A stretch of DNA of 64,000 nt from Clostridia bacterium (GCA_017405765.1 JAFQZS010000007.1:9424-73423); one strand, 5' to 3'; numbered from the stretch's first letter, positions 8,130 through 18,438 are shown. Numbers and translations are program-made. The notes: generated by a model not told the origin, from the letters alone.

Positions 8130-9203
8130 CTAACCTTTAAGCGAATCTAAAAACTCACTGTAAATATAGCCTGTACCGTATTCCTTGGGATAAGCGTCGG
8201 GATAGAACTGCACTGTCCTTATCTTCTTATCGGGATAATCGAGGCCCTCTATTGTACCGTCGTTCTGACATATGAACGACGCCTTCGCGCCCTCGGGCAG
8301 CGCATCCGCGCTTACTGCGTATACGTGGCTCTGCTGCGTGGGATAAACGCGCGATATCGTATTGTCGCGCACGGTGCACGACGCGCTCCTGTGCGGCTTT
8401 TTCATCTGCTCCGTTTTGCCGCCCAGCGCGCTTGCTATCATAAGATGACCCATATCTATGCCCAGCATGGGAAGGCCTAGCTCTGTAAGCTCCTTTACTC
8501 TGCCCGTATATTTCTTTATATTCTCCTCAAGCTCTCCCGCCGCGCCCGAAATTATGACTGCGTCAAAATTCATGCGGGCTATATCCGCGACGTCGCTTCT
8601 CGGCGGATAAACGGTGATCTCGGCTCCCTTCTCGGTGAACGCCTTTATAACGCTCTTTTTCGTGCCGAAATCATAGAGCGCTATACGGTATTTCGTTTCG
8701 CCCTCGGGCTTATATACCTCGGGGAATATGCCCGTAGCTCCAAGCACGCCGAAATCAAGCGGCGTACATTCCAAAACAAAGCCTACATCCTCGTAATCTA
8801 TCTTATCGTCCGTAGCCAGTACCGCTGCGCGAATGCGGTCGCCGCTGCGCAGCCGCTTTACAAGCGCGCGCGTATCTATGCCCTCTATCCCGACAATGCC
8901 CTTTTCCTTCATCAGATCGGACAATGTGCGCTCCGAACGGAAGTTGCTCGGAAAGTCAACGTATTCTTTAACTACAAGAGCCGTTGCGCAAAAATCCATA
9001 CCGTCCTCTTCATTGGCGCCGTAGCTTCCGATTATGGGATAAGTCATTATCACCAGCTTGTTCTGATGAGCAGGGTCGCACAAAATCTCCTGATATCCTG
9101 CCATTGCGGAATAAAAGACAAGCTCACCTACAGCATTTTTCTCCGCTCCGAATGAACGGCCGTAAAATCTTTCTCCGCTTTCAAGCACTAAAACCGCCTG
9201 CAT
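8130..9203 (-). CDS. carA: carbamoyl-phosphate synthase small (glutaminase) subunit
   Basis: 357-aa ORF. The N-terminal CPSase small-chain domain (MQAVLVLESGERFYGRSFGA...) is followed by a class-I glutamine amidotransferase-like domain. It is adjacent to carB. Confidence 0.9.
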   Translation of the reverse strand: MQAVLVLESGERFYGRSFGAEKNAVGELVFYSAMAGYQEILCDPAHQNKLVIMTYPIIGSYGANEEDGMDFCATALVVKEYVDFPSNFRSERTLSDLMKEKGIVGIEGIDTRALVKRLRSGDRIRAAVLATDDKIDYEDVGFVLECTPLDFGVLGATGIFPEVYKPEGETKYRIALYDFGTKKSVIKAFTEKGAEITVYPPRSDVADIARMNFDAVIISGAAGELEENIKKYTGRVKELTELGLPMLGIDMGHLMIASALGGKTEQMKKPHRSASCTVRDNTISRVYPTQQSHVYAVSADALPEGAKASFICQNDGTIEGLDYPDKKIRTVQFYPDAYPKEYGTGYIYSEFLDSLKG

Positions 9204-9257
9204 ACCGTTTACACTCCTTTATATCTTTTATACTTATATAAGGCGGGCTGTCAGTTT

Positions 9258-10172
9258 TCAGCCTATCGCCGCCGTTATCTCGTCTCTCATGCGTATCGCC
9301 TCAGCTTTCGCGGCCTCGGCAAAGTTTATATCGTCGCCAGTTTTTTTGTAGGCGCACATTATGGCGCGCGAAGAATTTATCACCGCGCCCAGGCCGTCCT
9401 TATTAAAGGCGTTCACTATATCGGCCGCGCCCGCGCCCTGCGCGCCGTAGCCCGGCACCAAGAAGTAAGCCTTGGGCATACGCTTTCTTAATATTTTCTG
9501 CATTTCGGGGTACGTTGCTCCCACTACCGCGCCGACGGAAGAATAGCCGCTCTCGCCTATAAGCCCTTCTCCCCAGCCGTTCACCATATCGGCCATGACC
9601 TCGTAAACGGCGTCACCGCCTATCTTTTTGTCCTGAAGCTCGCCGGATGAGGGATTCGACGTTTTAACGAGCACGAAGATGCTCTTTTTATGCTCGCGGC
9701 ACGCCTCGACAAACGGAGTTATGCCGTCCGTTCCCAGATATCCGTTCACCGTCACGCTGTCGGCGTCGAACGAGGCCACGTTCTCGCCGCCCACGTCTGC
9801 GCCCGAAAGATAAGCGCCCGCGTATGCCTTCGCGGTAGAACCTATGTCGTTTCGCTTAACGTCCGCTATAACGTAAAGGCCCTTGTCTTTCGCATACTTT
9901 ATCGTCTCGTCAAGCACCTTCACTCCTCGCCAGCCGTAAAGCTCGTAATACGCCGACTGAAGCTTGACTGCCGCCACCACGCCGCAAAGCGCGTCTATAA
10001 GCGCGGTGTTGAATTTGAATATGGCCGCCGCTGCGCCTTCAAGATTTTTTCCGTGCGCCTCGAAGCATTCGTTTATTATATGCTCGGGCACATATGAAAG
10101 AAGCGGATCAAGTCCGGCGACTGTGGGATTCTTTTTCTCTTTTATTTTTTTGATAAGAATATCTGCCGACAT
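9258..10172 (-). CDS. pyrF: orotidine 5'-phosphate decarboxylase (long, type 2 form)
   Basis: 304-aa ORF with VAGLDP ... DVKRNDIGSTAKAY ... VNGYLG motifs typical of type-2 OMP decarboxylases. It lies within the pyr operon. Confidence 0.9.
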   Translation of the reverse strand: MSADILIKKIKEKKNPTVAGLDPLLSYVPEHIINECFEAHGKNLEGAAAAIFKFNTALIDALCGVVAAVKLQSAYYELYGWRGVKVLDETIKYAKDKGLYVIADVKRNDIGSTAKAYAGAYLSGADVGGENVASFDADSVTVNGYLGTDGITPFVEACREHKKSIFVLVKTSNPSSGELQDKKIGGDAVYEVMADMVNGWGEGLIGESGYSSVGAVVGATYPEMQKILRKRMPKAYFLVPGYGAQGAGAADIVNAFNKDGLGAVINSSRAIMCAYKKTGDDINFAEAAKAEAIRMRDEITAAIG

Positions 10173-10180
10173 ATGTCCTC

Positions 10181-11455
10181 CTAAATAAAATCACTTTTAT
10201 ATACTACTTCTCCGTTTGATATCGTGCAGAGAACACGGCCGCGAAGCGTCATACCGTCGAACGGCGTGTTCTTCGATTTTGACGCGAAGCTTGATTTATT
10301 TACCTTATATTCTTCCGTGTCGAACAAAACTATATCGGCGCGGCTTCCCGTAGTAAGGCTGCCGCCTTCTATGCCCAAAATGGCCGCGGGATTCGTGCTC
10401 ATAAGGCGAATGAGCTTTCTTATGCTCATTTTCCCCGCCGCAACGAGGTACGTATAGCATACGGGCAGCGCCGTTTCAAGTCCCACTATGCCGAACGCGC
10501 CTTTTTTAAGCTCGCCCTTGTCTTCAACGGAATGAGGCGCATGGTCTGTCGCTATCACGTCTATCGTTCCGTCTCTCAATCCCTCTATTACCGCGTCTAT
10601 ATCCTCCTCGGTGCGAAGCGGCGGATTCATCTTTGCGTTCACACCAAACTTCACAACCGCGTTTTCCGTAAGCGAAACGTAATGCGGCGCGGTCTCGCAC
10701 GTTATATTCGGATTTATCTTCTTGGCCCAGCGTACAGCCTCAACGGATTCCTTGCAGCTTACGTGCGCGATGTGGAGCCTGTTTTTCTTCGGCAGAGAAA
10801 GCATTACGTCGCGCATCACCGCCATATATTCGGCCATGCGTGACATTCCTCTAAGTCCGTACTCGTAAGACACGCGTCCCTCGTTTATAACGCCGCCGTC
10901 AACAAGGTCAAGGTCTTCGCTGTGGGCTATCGACAGAATGTTGTTCGCGTCCGCCGCCTTTAATACGTCGAGCATGAGCTTCGAGTTCTCAACGGGGCGT
11001 CCGTCGTCTGACACGGCTATCGCGCCCGCCTCTTTGAGCGCCTTTATGTCGACGAGCTCTTCACCCTTTAAGCCCTTCGTCATCGCGGCGACGGGATAAA
11101 CGTGTACATGCGTGTCCGCCGCCTTATCCGTTATATATTTTACAAGCTCCGGCGTATCAATGACGGGCTTTGTATTCGCCATGCACGCGACCGAGGTGAA
11201 ACCGCCCTTTAATGCCGCCTCGGCGCCCGAATAAATGTCTTCTTTATATTCAAATCCCGGATCGCGGAAATGCACGTGCATATCGATAAAGCCCGGCGCG
11301 GCTATGCAGTCGGAGCCGTCTATCGTCGTGTCTGCCTTTTCGTTTATCGAAGCCGCCAGTTTTTTTATCCTTCCGTCCTCTATGAAAATATCGGAAATGC
11401 GGTCAAGCTTCTGGGTAGGGTCTATGACCCGCGCTTTTTTGATAAGTATAGTCAT
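10181..11455 (-). CDS. pyrC: dihydroorotase
   Basis: 424-aa ORF with amidohydrolase metal-binding motifs (FIDMHVHFRDPG ... ATDHAPH). It lies within the pyr operon. Confidence 0.92.
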   Translation of the reverse strand: MTILIKKARVIDPTQKLDRISDIFIEDGRIKKLAASINEKADTTIDGSDCIAAPGFIDMHVHFRDPGFEYKEDIYSGAEAALKGGFTSVACMANTKPVIDTPELVKYITDKAADTHVHVYPVAAMTKGLKGEELVDIKALKEAGAIAVSDDGRPVENSKLMLDVLKAADANNILSIAHSEDLDLVDGGVINEGRVSYEYGLRGMSRMAEYMAVMRDVMLSLPKKNRLHIAHVSCKESVEAVRWAKKINPNITCETAPHYVSLTENAVVKFGVNAKMNPPLRTEEDIDAVIEGLRDGTIDVIATDHAPHSVEDKGELKKGAFGIVGLETALPVCYTYLVAAGKMSIRKLIRLMSTNPAAILGIEGGSLTTGSRADIVLFDTEEYKVNKSSFASKSKNTPFDGMTLRGRVLCTISNGEVVYKSDFI

Positions 11456-11473
11456 ATAAAGCCCTCCTTCTTT

Positions 11474-12001
11474 TTATGATCTCAGTTCCACTCTGTTCAT
11501 TTCGCCGTCCTTTAAAAGATACGCTTTTACGTCCTCCGACGCCGACGTTGGCACATTCTTTCCCACAAAGTCGGCGCGAATGGGAAGCTCCCTGTGTCCT
11601 CTGTCTATAAGGGCCGCAAGCTGAATGAGACGCGGTCTTCCCAGATGCATTACGGCGTCTATCGCCGCGCGCACCGTGCGTCCGGTCGAAAGCACGTCGT
11701 CCACGAGTATTACCGTCTTGTCGTCTATATCGAAAGCAATATTCGTATTGGTGTCCTTCGGCACGCTGCGTCCTTTCATGTCGTCGCGGAACATCGTAGT
11801 ATCTATAGTTCCTACCATTACGGAGGTGTTCTCGCTTATTGATATGCGCTCGGCAAGCATCTTCGCCAAAGCCACTCCGCCGCTGTATATACCTATAAGG
11901 CAAAGGCCCGAAGCTCCGCGGTTCTTTTCTATTATCTGATACGATATTCTCGTTACGGCGCGGTCTATCGCCTGAGCGTCCATCAATATTTTTTCGCCCA
12001 C
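11474..12001 (-). CDS. pyrR: bifunctional pyrimidine operon regulator / uracil phosphoribosyltransferase PyrR
   Basis: 175-aa ORF with a GTG start at 12001-11999 after GAGGGAGG. ILMDAQAIDRAVTRISYQIIEKN and the PRPP-binding loop VILVDDVLSTGRT match PyrR. Confidence 0.92.
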   Translation of the reverse strand: MGEKILMDAQAIDRAVTRISYQIIEKNRGASGLCLIGIYSGGVALAKMLAERISISENTSVMVGTIDTTMFRDDMKGRSVPKDTNTNIAFDIDDKTVILVDDVLSTGRTVRAAIDAVMHLGRPRLIQLAALIDRGHRELPIRADFVGKNVPTSASEDVKAYLLKDGEMNRVELRS

Positions 12002-12018
12002 GACTTCGCCTCCCTCAT

Positions 12019-12128
12019 AAAATAATACCCCTTGTCCGCAAGGAACAAGGGGTTAAACATCCGCAAAGACACGCAAAGAAGCGTTTGTATAACAGCCTTA
12101 TCGGCCTCACGGGACCGATTTAAAGGAT
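12019..12128 (-). promoter_or_regulatory. PyrR-binding RNA motif plus downstream attenuator terminator
   Basis: Minus strand 12128-12093 reads CCUUUAAAUCGGUCCCGUGAGGCCGAUAAGG, fitting the PyrR box (UUUAA-stem-GUCCxGxGAGGC-stem-AAGG). Downstream, ccccttgtcc-gcaa-ggacaagggg (12052-12027) is followed by a T-rich run, just before the pyrR RBS. Confidence 0.8.
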
Positions 12129-12272
12129 TTTTCTTAATGATACACCCTTTTTTATTTAAAGTAAAGTCATTTTAAAAAATTATTGATAATAATTGAAAAA
12201 GGCGCGTCGTTTCTGTATAATTATAAGCGCATAATGACAATGACTGTAAACACGGAGGAAACGCATTATAAA

Positions 12273-12929
12273 ATGATAAATAAAGTAACAACGCTTGAAA
12301 ACGCAATGAAAGACATAAAAGACGGCGCATCGATAATGGTCGGCGGTTTTTTGGACTCTGGCCGTCCCTCGATGCTTGAACGGCGTCTTGCCGATATGGG
12401 CGTTCGCGATCTTACGATAATCTCCATGTGCACCGGCACCGAAAAAAGCGAGCTCTACCGAGTGTTCACCCAGGGGCAGGTATCTAAGATCATAGCTTCT
12501 TATATACGCTTCAATCCGGTGAGCATAAATATGATACTTAACGACCCGAAAAAAGTGACGCTTCTTCCCATGGGAACGCTTACCGAGCGGATACGCGCGG
12601 GCGGCACGGGTCTCGGCGGAATACTTACGGCCGTGGGCGTAGGCACGCTCGTCGAGGAGGGGAAGCAGAAGATAAATATCGACGGGCGCGACTATCTTTT
12701 GGAGCTTCCAATACGCGCCGATTTTGCCATAGTTCACGCATATATGGCTGATGAGATGGGAAATCTGGTATTTCGAGGCACGAAGCGCAACTTCAACGCC
12801 GTTATGCCGTATTCGGCCGATTTCGTTATAGCCGAGGCTGAGCATATAGTAAAAGCCGGAGAAATATCGCCTGACGACGTCATAGTACCCGGTATTTTCG
12901 TTGATGCAGTTGTAAAGGTCGGTGATTGA
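12273..12929 (+). CDS. 3-oxoacid/acetate CoA-transferase subunit A
   Basis: ORF 12183-12929. MINKVTTLENAMKDIKDGASIMVGGF ... TLTERIRAGGTGLGGILT matches family I CoA-transferase alpha subunits of about 218 aa. Start chosen at ATG 12273; the exact start is uncertain. Confidence 0.85.
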   Translation: MINKVTTLENAMKDIKDGASIMVGGFLDSGRPSMLERRLADMGVRDLTIISMCTGTEKSELYRVFTQGQVSKIIASYIRFNPVSINMILNDPKKVTLLPMGTLTERIRAGGTGLGGILTAVGVGTLVEEGKQKINIDGRDYLLELPIRADFAIVHAYMADEMGNLVFRGTKRNFNAVMPYSADFVIAEAEHIVKAGEISPDDVIVPGIFVDAVVKVGD

Positions 12930-12930
12930 A

Positions 12931-13605
12931 ATGAGCGAAACGAGTAAAATGGACAAAAAAGAAATAATAGCAAGGCGCGTTTCGAAAGAGCTTAAGAACG
13001 GCGACGTTGTAAACCTTGGCATAGGCACTCCCACGCTTGCGGCAAATTACGTGCCGGAGGGCGTTACGGTAATATTCCAATCGGAAAACGGTATGCTGGG
13101 CATAGGCCCCGCGCCCACATCCGACAACGCCGACGATACTTATACTAACGCGGGCGGCGCGCTTATCACGGCTATTCCCGGCGCGTCGGTATTCGATAAC
13201 ACCATGTCGTTCGCCGTGATACGCTCGGGCAGAGTGAAGACAGCCGTTTTGGGCGCTCTCGAGGTGGACGAGTTCGGAAGCATAGCAAACTGGATGATAC
13301 CCGGCAAAAGCGTAAACGGCATGGGCGGCGCAATGGATCTCGTAGTCGGCGCAAAGCGCATAATCGTCGCAATGGAGCATACTGTAAAGGGCAGACCCAA
13401 GATACTTAAAAAATGCACGCTTCCGCTTACGGCAGCGCGCGAGGTGGATATGATAATAACGGACCTCTGCGTTATAGATGTCGATCACGAGCACGGGCTT
13501 ACGCTTACGGAGCTTGCTCCGGGCGTGAGTATAGAAGACGTAAAGGCTGCGACACAAGCGCCGATAAAGGTATCGCCCGAGCTTAAAACAATGGAGCTTT
13601 TTTAA
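12931..13605 (+). CDS. 3-oxoacid/acetate CoA-transferase subunit B
   Basis: ORF 12922-13605. IARRVSKELKNGDVVNLGIGTPT ... ENGMLG ... MGGAMDLV matches the beta subunit. The ATG at 12931 follows the subunit A stop (12927-12929). Confidence 0.85.
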   Translation: MSETSKMDKKEIIARRVSKELKNGDVVNLGIGTPTLAANYVPEGVTVIFQSENGMLGIGPAPTSDNADDTYTNAGGALITAIPGASVFDNTMSFAVIRSGRVKTAVLGALEVDEFGSIANWMIPGKSVNGMGGAMDLVVGAKRIIVAMEHTVKGRPKILKKCTLPLTAAREVDMIITDLCVIDVDHEHGLTLTELAPGVSIEDVKAATQAPIKVSPELKTMELF

Positions 13606-13611
13606 AAGGAT

Positions 13612-14118
13612 GTGTTTAAAATGAGTCTTATAATAGAAGAAGTTTCTTCCGACGAAAAACTGAAAACAGTCGCCTCGCTTGCCGAAGAAATATGGCACGA
13701 GCATTTTACGCCGATAATAGGCCGCGATCAGGTATTATATATGCTCGACAAGTTCCAGTCGTTCACCGCGATGAAGCGCCAGAGGGAAAGCGAAGGCTAT
13801 ATTTACTATCTTTTTAAATGGGACGGCGAATACGTCGGATATTCCGGCATAGCCGTTCACGGCGACAGGCTCTTTCTTAGTAAGCTTTACGTAAAAAAAG
13901 AGGCGCGCGGACGGGGTATCTCCCGAAAGGCCGTTGATAAATATAAAGGAATATGCAAAGAAAAAGGACTTCGCTCCATTTATCTTACGGTGAATAAATA
14001 TAACTTCGCAAAGGACGTATATACGGCGCTCGGTTTTAAGACCATAGACAGCGTAAAGACCGACATAGGCGGCGGCTTTTATATGGACGACTACATAATG
14101 GAGCTCGATATTCAATAA
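13612..14118 (+). CDS. GNAT family N-acetyltransferase
   Basis: 168-aa ORF. The YVKKEARGRGISRKAV acetyl-CoA-binding segment (R/Q-x-x-G-x-G/A) is typical of GNATs. Confidence 0.7.
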   Translation: MFKMSLIIEEVSSDEKLKTVASLAEEIWHEHFTPIIGRDQVLYMLDKFQSFTAMKRQRESEGYIYYLFKWDGEYVGYSGIAVHGDRLFLSKLYVKKEARGRGISRKAVDKYKGICKEKGLRSIYLTVNKYNFAKDVYTALGFKTIDSVKTDIGGGFYMDDYIMELDIQ

Positions 14119-14140
14119 TATAATGAAAGAAGGCGTAATA

Positions 14141-14920
14141 ATGGCATATGAGTACATGACGCTTGAAAAGCGCGAAAGAACGGCGATAATCACGTTCTGC
14201 CGCCCCGAGGTGAGAAATCAGATAACTAATGAGCTTATGGCGGAGCTTTCAGTGATCGTAAGAGACCTTGAGGCCGACCGCGAGATCCGCTCGGTCATAA
14301 TAACGGCGACAGGCAAGGCGTTCGCCGCCGGAGCCGACCTCAATATGCTGCTTAGCTTTTCCGTTGTCGAGGAGCGCGCCTGCTCGGCTATGGGCATAGA
14401 AGTATGCCGTGCGATAGAAAACTCGCAAAAGGTCTATATCTGCGCATTGAACGGCTATGCCTTCGGCGGCGGGCTTGAGCTTGCGATGGCTTGCGACATA
14501 AGAATAGCGTCGGAAAGCGCCGTTTTCGGCCTGCCTGAAACGAAGGTGGGCATAATCCCCGGCTACGGCGGTACGCAAAGACTTGCCCGTCTCGTGGGAT
14601 TCGGACGCGCAAAGGAGATACTTCTCACGGGCCGTAACGTTGACGCCGCCGAAGCGGAGCGCATAGGTCTCGTAAATTATCTTGCGCCCAAAGATAAAGT
14701 GCTCGAGCGCGCGCTTGAGGAGGCCGCGCTTCTTTCAAAGAACGCGCCCATCGCCATGGGACTTGCAAAGCAGGTCATGCTCTCCGACGTAACTACGGGT
14801 CAGGCGGCGGCCGCGCAGATGCAGGCGAACGCCCTCGCCATAGCGTATTCTTCCGACGACGCAAAGGAAGGCATGCGCGCCTTTCTGGAAAGACGCGAGC
14901 CGCAGTTCAAAAATAAATAA
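14141..14920 (+). CDS. enoyl-CoA hydratase/isomerase (crotonase) family protein
   Basis: ORF 14123-14920. FAAGADLNML ... ALNGYAFGGGLELAMACDIRIAS ... FGLPETKVGIIPGYGGTQRL is a crotonase-fold signature. Start at ATG 14141 after AAGAAGG. Confidence 0.88.
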   Translation: MAYEYMTLEKRERTAIITFCRPEVRNQITNELMAELSVIVRDLEADREIRSVIITATGKAFAAGADLNMLLSFSVVEERACSAMGIEVCRAIENSQKVYICALNGYAFGGGLELAMACDIRIASESAVFGLPETKVGIIPGYGGTQRLARLVGFGRAKEILLTGRNVDAAEAERIGLVNYLAPKDKVLERALEEAALLSKNAPIAMGLAKQVMLSDVTTGQAAAAQMQANALAIAYSSDDAKEGMRAFLERREPQFKNK

Positions 14921-14960
14921 ACGCCCCGAAAAATCTAAATCGAAAACAAAACGATCCAAT

Positions 14961-15012
14961 AAAAAAAGCGCCTTGTTCTTTCTGCTTTATTAGAAAAAAC
15001 AAGGCGCTTTTT
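14961..15012. terminator. bidirectional intrinsic terminator between convergent crotonase and thiE genes
   Basis: A7-gcgccttgtt ... aacaaggcgc-T5: a 10-bp perfect stem flanked by an A-run and a T-run. Confidence 0.8.
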
Positions 15013-15013
15013 A

Positions 15014-15574
15014 TTACATCTTCATATATCCCGACATCATGCAGGCCCCCGCCGCGGAAGTCTTTTTTATAAGCTCCAGATTTCCCTCGTTTATGCCTCC
15101 GAGCGCGTAAACGGGTATCTTTACGCTTTCGCATATCGTTTCAAGCCACTTCGTGCCCTTTTTCGGCATCCCGGGTTTGCAGTCGGTCTCAAATACGTTG
15201 CTCGCCGTTATATACGACGCACCCAGGGCTTCGGCCTCGCGCGCTTCCTCTATATCGTGCGCCGACGCGCCGAGAATCGAAAATTCTTTAAGAATATCGT
15301 AGTTTTCTCTTAACAGAGGCATGGGCAAATGTATCTTTTTATGGCCAAGGCGACGCGCCGCGCCGATGAACGTGTGGAGCACGCATTCTATGCCCTCGTC
15401 TTCGCATAGGTGGATCACCCTTCGCGCAAGCGCCTCGTATTCGGCCTGTGTAAGATCCTTTTCGCGAAGTATTAGCATATCGGGCCGCTTTAATGCGGCG
15501 ATGCGCCTTATCTGCGCCGCAAGGTCCGGGCACTGCGTCCTATTCGATATTGCTATAAGCTTAAACGAGGACAT
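15014..15574 (-). CDS. thiE: thiamine-phosphate synthase family protein (ThiE/TenI type)
   Basis: 186-aa ORF at the end of the thiSFGH cluster. It has the TMP-synthase/TenI-like pattern (HLPMP ... GASAH ... YITASNVFETDCKPG ... YALGGI). I cannot separate ThiE from TenI by eye. Confidence 0.75.
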   Translation of the reverse strand: MSSFKLIAISNRTQCPDLAAQIRRIAALKRPDMLILREKDLTQAEYEALARRVIHLCEDEGIECVLHTFIGAARRLGHKKIHLPMPLLRENYDILKEFSILGASAHDIEEAREAEALGASYITASNVFETDCKPGMPKKGTKWLETICESVKIPVYALGGINEGNLELIKKTSAAGACMMSGYMKM

Positions 15575-16718
15575 AATCGTTCATAACGGGCTGAAGCCCC
15601 ATCTCGCGTATGCGCGCGAAAACTTCGTCCACGTTTCTGCCGTCGGCTATCTCGAACTGATCGTCGCCCTGCGCCTCGTCGTTCGAGTGCTCGCCTATGC
15701 CTGTGCTGACGCCCGCCGATATCTTCGTTGCGGCAAGGCCGATAACGTGATCGCGAAACTCGGCGCGCTCGCGCGTCGATATCGTCATGCCGGCGAACGG
15801 CATGAATATGCGGTAGGCGCACATTATCTGAAGAAGCTGACGCTCGTGAACGTCCTTCGGATTTATCTTGTCGTTGTTCACGATGGGACGAAGGCGCGGG
15901 CACGAGAACGATATCTCTGCATGGGGATATTTCCTCTGTATAAGATACGCGTGCATGCCCGTGGCGAAGGCGTCCTTTCTGAAATCATCGAGTCCCAAAA
16001 GCGCCGCGAACGCCACTCCGCGCATACCTCCGCGAATGGCGCGCTCCTGCGCGTTCAGGCGGTACGGGAACACGCGCTTATGTCCCGCAAGGTGTAGCTT
16101 CTCGTATTTATCGGAGTTGTACGTCTCCTGGAACACGGTCACGAAGTCCGCACCGCATTCGTGAAGATACGCGTATTCGTCGGTATTCATGGGATATACC
16201 TCAATACCTACGTTCTTGAAATACTTGTGGGCTATGCGGCACGCCTCGCCTATATATTTTACGTCCGACATTTTGCGGCTCTCGCCCGTAAGTATGAGTA
16301 TCTCCTCAAGACCCGTCTTTGCAATGGCGGCCATCTCCCGCTCTATCGCCTCGAAATCGAGCTTTGCGCGCTTTATCTTATTTCGGCAGTTGAATCCGCA
16401 GTAGATGCAGTAATTTTCGCAGTAGTTTGAAATATATATCGGCGTGAAAAGATATACGGCGTTGCCGAAATGCTTTCTCGTCTCCTCGCGGGCGCGCTCT
16501 GCCATCTTCTCCAAAAACGCATCTGCGGCCGGCGATAAGAGCGCGGCGAAATCCTCGGGATAAAGGCTGTCCTTTGACAGCGCGAGCTTAACGTCCGCAG
16601 CCGTATATGCATCCGGGTCGTAATTATTCATCGCCGCAATCACCCTGTCGCCTATATCGGAATCTATTATCTCCATACCCGGCATATATTCCATATGATT
16701 CGTTCTTTTTTCCATCAC
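15561..16718 (-). CDS. thiH: 2-iminoacetate synthase (tyrosine lyase) ThiH, radical SAM
   Basis: 385-aa ORF with the radical-SAM cluster motif CENYCIYCGF, located between thiG and thiE. The start is either GTG 16718 or ATG 16715. Confidence 0.88.
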   Translation of the reverse strand: MMEKRTNHMEYMPGMEIIDSDIGDRVIAAMNNYDPDAYTAADVKLALSKDSLYPEDFAALLSPAADAFLEKMAERAREETRKHFGNAVYLFTPIYISNYCENYCIYCGFNCRNKIKRAKLDFEAIEREMAAIAKTGLEEILILTGESRKMSDVKYIGEACRIAHKYFKNVGIEVYPMNTDEYAYLHECGADFVTVFQETYNSDKYEKLHLAGHKRVFPYRLNAQERAIRGGMRGVAFAALLGLDDFRKDAFATGMHAYLIQRKYPHAEISFSCPRLRPIVNNDKINPKDVHERQLLQIMCAYRIFMPFAGMTISTRERAEFRDHVIGLAATKISAGVSTGIGEHSNDEAQGDDQFEIADGRNVDEVFARIREMGLQPVMNDYVLV

Positions 16719-16727
16719 GATACGCTC

Positions 16728-17510
16728 CTATTCCTCCAAAAATCCCGTAAGCGGCGAAGACGCCACGGCGCCTTTACTTATCACCCTGCCGAGCCCCGAC
16801 AGATAAGCCGCGCGTCCCGCTTCTATTGCGGCCTTAAATGCGCCGGCCATCGCCGGAATGTCGCCCGCCGTCGCTATGGCAGTGTTCGCCATTATGGCCG
16901 CCGCGCCCATCTCCATCGCCTCGCAAGCCTGGCTCGGACGGCCTATGCCCGCGTCAACGATGATAGGAAGGTCTATTTCATCTATGAGTATCTGGATGAA
17001 CTCACGCGTCGCAAGACCCTTGTTCGAGCCTATCGGAGCCGCAAGCGGCATTACGGATACGGCTCCCGCGTCGCGAAGCGCACGGGCGGCGTTTAGGTCG
17101 GGGTACATATACGGCATAACTAAAAAGCCCTCGCGCGCAAGTATCTCGGTCGCCTTTATCGTTTCGTAATTGTCGGGCAAAAGATACTTCGAGTCGTGTA
17201 TTACCTCAATTTTTACGAAGTCGCCGCATCCCAGCTCTCGCGCGAGTCTCGCTATCCTCACGGCCTCCTCTGCGTTCCTCGCGCCCGAGGTGTTAGGAAG
17301 GAGCGTTACACCCTTCGGTATGTGCTCGATTATATTTCCGTCGCCGCGGCTGTTCGCGCGGCGCACGGCAAGCGTTATCATCTGCGTGCCCGCGTGCTTA
17401 ACGGCCGCGTCTATAAGCTCCGGATCGTATTTTCCCGAGCCCAGAATAAATCTCGACGTGAATTCACGTCCGCCCAAAATGAACTTATCCTCTTTTTGCA
17501 TCATTTTCAC
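16728..17510 (-). CDS. thiG: thiazole synthase
   Basis: 260-aa [15 protein letters not shown] ... LLPNTSGA ... [13 protein letters not shown] matches ThiG. Confidence 0.92.
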   Translation of the reverse strand: MKMMQKEDKFILGGREFTSRFILGSGKYDPELIDAAVKHAGTQMITLAVRRANSRGDGNIIEHIPKGVTLLPNTSGARNAEEAVRIARLARELGCGDFVKIEVIHDSKYLLPDNYETIKATEILAREGFLVMPYMYPDLNAARALRDAGAVSVMPLAAPIGSNKGLATREFIQILIDEIDLPIIVDAGIGRPSQACEAMEMGAAAIMANTAIATAGDIPAMAGAFKAAIEAGRAAYLSGLGRVISKGAVASSPLTGFLEE

Positions 17511-17514
17511 TCCT

Positions 17515-18144
17515 TTATTCTTCTCCCAAGATCATTCTTATTATCATATTGGCCTCGTGTCCCGAGGTTATCGCAACGCGGGGAGCCATAAGCCCAATGC
17601 CGCGTTCAACGTCGCTCTCACCGTCTCCGCAGACGTAAAGATTTTTAAACCGTCTTTTCGTTCTTATTTCGTTGCTGTCGCCGTAGCCCGCAAGTCCCGA
17701 TCCGGAAACTATGCGTGTGCGCGGGCACTGCTCCAGCAGCGTATTTACGAGCATGGCCTTCTCCGAAGCGCGGTCGAACGCCTCGCAGACTATGGGATAA
17801 TCCCCGAAAAGCTCCGCCGCGTTCTCGCGCGTCACCCTGACGCAGCATGTCTTTATATCAAGATACGGGTTTATCTCCTTTATTATCTCAAAAAGCGCGT
17901 CCGTCTTTTTTCGTCCTATATCCTTTATGCCGTACGCCTGCCTGTTCAGATTGGTCATGTCAACCTCATCGAAATCGACGAGCAGCATATGCCCGACATT
18001 GCAGCGCGCAAGCATCACGGCGGCGTTAGATCCCAAGCCACCTAGCCCCGCTATGGCGACGCGCGCGTTTTGAAGTTTTTCGTGTATCTCGGGCGTGAAT
18101 CTGCTGTCGGCAGCGGCAAGCAGTTCTTCTTTAGTAGGTACCAT
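17515..18144 (-). CDS. thiF: ThiS adenylyltransferase (ThiF family)
   Basis: 209-aa ORF with the E1-like nucleotide-binding loop [12 protein letters not shown], adjacent to thiS. Confidence 0.85.
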   Translation of the reverse strand: MVPTKEELLAAADSRFTPEIHEKLQNARVAIAGLGGLGSNAAVMLARCNVGHMLLVDFDEVDMTNLNRQAYGIKDIGRKKTDALFEIIKEINPYLDIKTCCVRVTRENAAELFGDYPIVCEAFDRASEKAMLVNTLLEQCPRTRIVSGSGLAGYGDSNEIRTKRRFKNLYVCGDGESDVERGIGLMAPRVAITSGHEANMIIRMILGEE

Positions 18145-18146
18145 TG

Positions 18147-18341
18147 TCAGCCGCCCCCCACAAAATGTACTATCTCTATCTTGTCGCCGTCACAAAGCAC
18201 GGTCGAATCATACAGCGCTTTCGGCAGTATGCCGCCGTTATACTCTATGGCGATGCGATCCGTCGAATAGTTAAGAGCCTTCAGGCACTGTGCAACAGTC
18301 GCGCCCGCAAACGACTCTTCTTTCCCGTTAATGAATATCAC
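18147..18341 (-). CDS. thiS: sulfur carrier protein ThiS
   Basis: ORF 18147-18386 ends in VHFVGGG, the C-terminal GG of ThiS/MoaD carriers. Start reassigned to GTG 18341 (VIFINGKE...), preceded by GGGAGGCGATATC. This gives about 64 aa, the usual ThiS length. Confidence 0.8.
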   Translation of the reverse strand: MIFINGKEESFAGATVAQCLKALNYSTDRIAIEYNGGILPKALYDSTVLCDGDKIEIVHFVGGG

Positions 18342-18374
18342 GATATCGCCTCCCGTATTTTTATTTCTGATAAT

Positions 18375-18429
18375 CAAAAAAGCCATATGAAGTTCACACC
18401 CGAGGTGGTGTGCCCCTTCATATGGCTTT
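18375..18429 (-). promoter_or_regulatory. terminator-like hairpin in the thiS leader (not a THI-box)
   Basis: Minus strand: aaagccatatgaag-gg-cacacc-acctcg-ggtgtg-aa-cttcatatggcttt followed by TTTTG. It lies between a promoter-like element and the thiS RBS. Confidence 0.55.
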
Positions 18430-18438
18430 GTACTTTGT

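Noticed and set aside
12180-13704. Two long minus-strand ORFs (284 and 274 aa) opposite the CoA-transferase genes
   Set aside because: The plus-strand frames match CoA-transferase A/B subunits along their full length. The minus-strand products are Y/R/H-rich nonsense.
15321-16097. 258-aa plus-strand ORF overlapping thiE and thiH
   Set aside because: It is antisense to well-supported thi genes and has no motifs.
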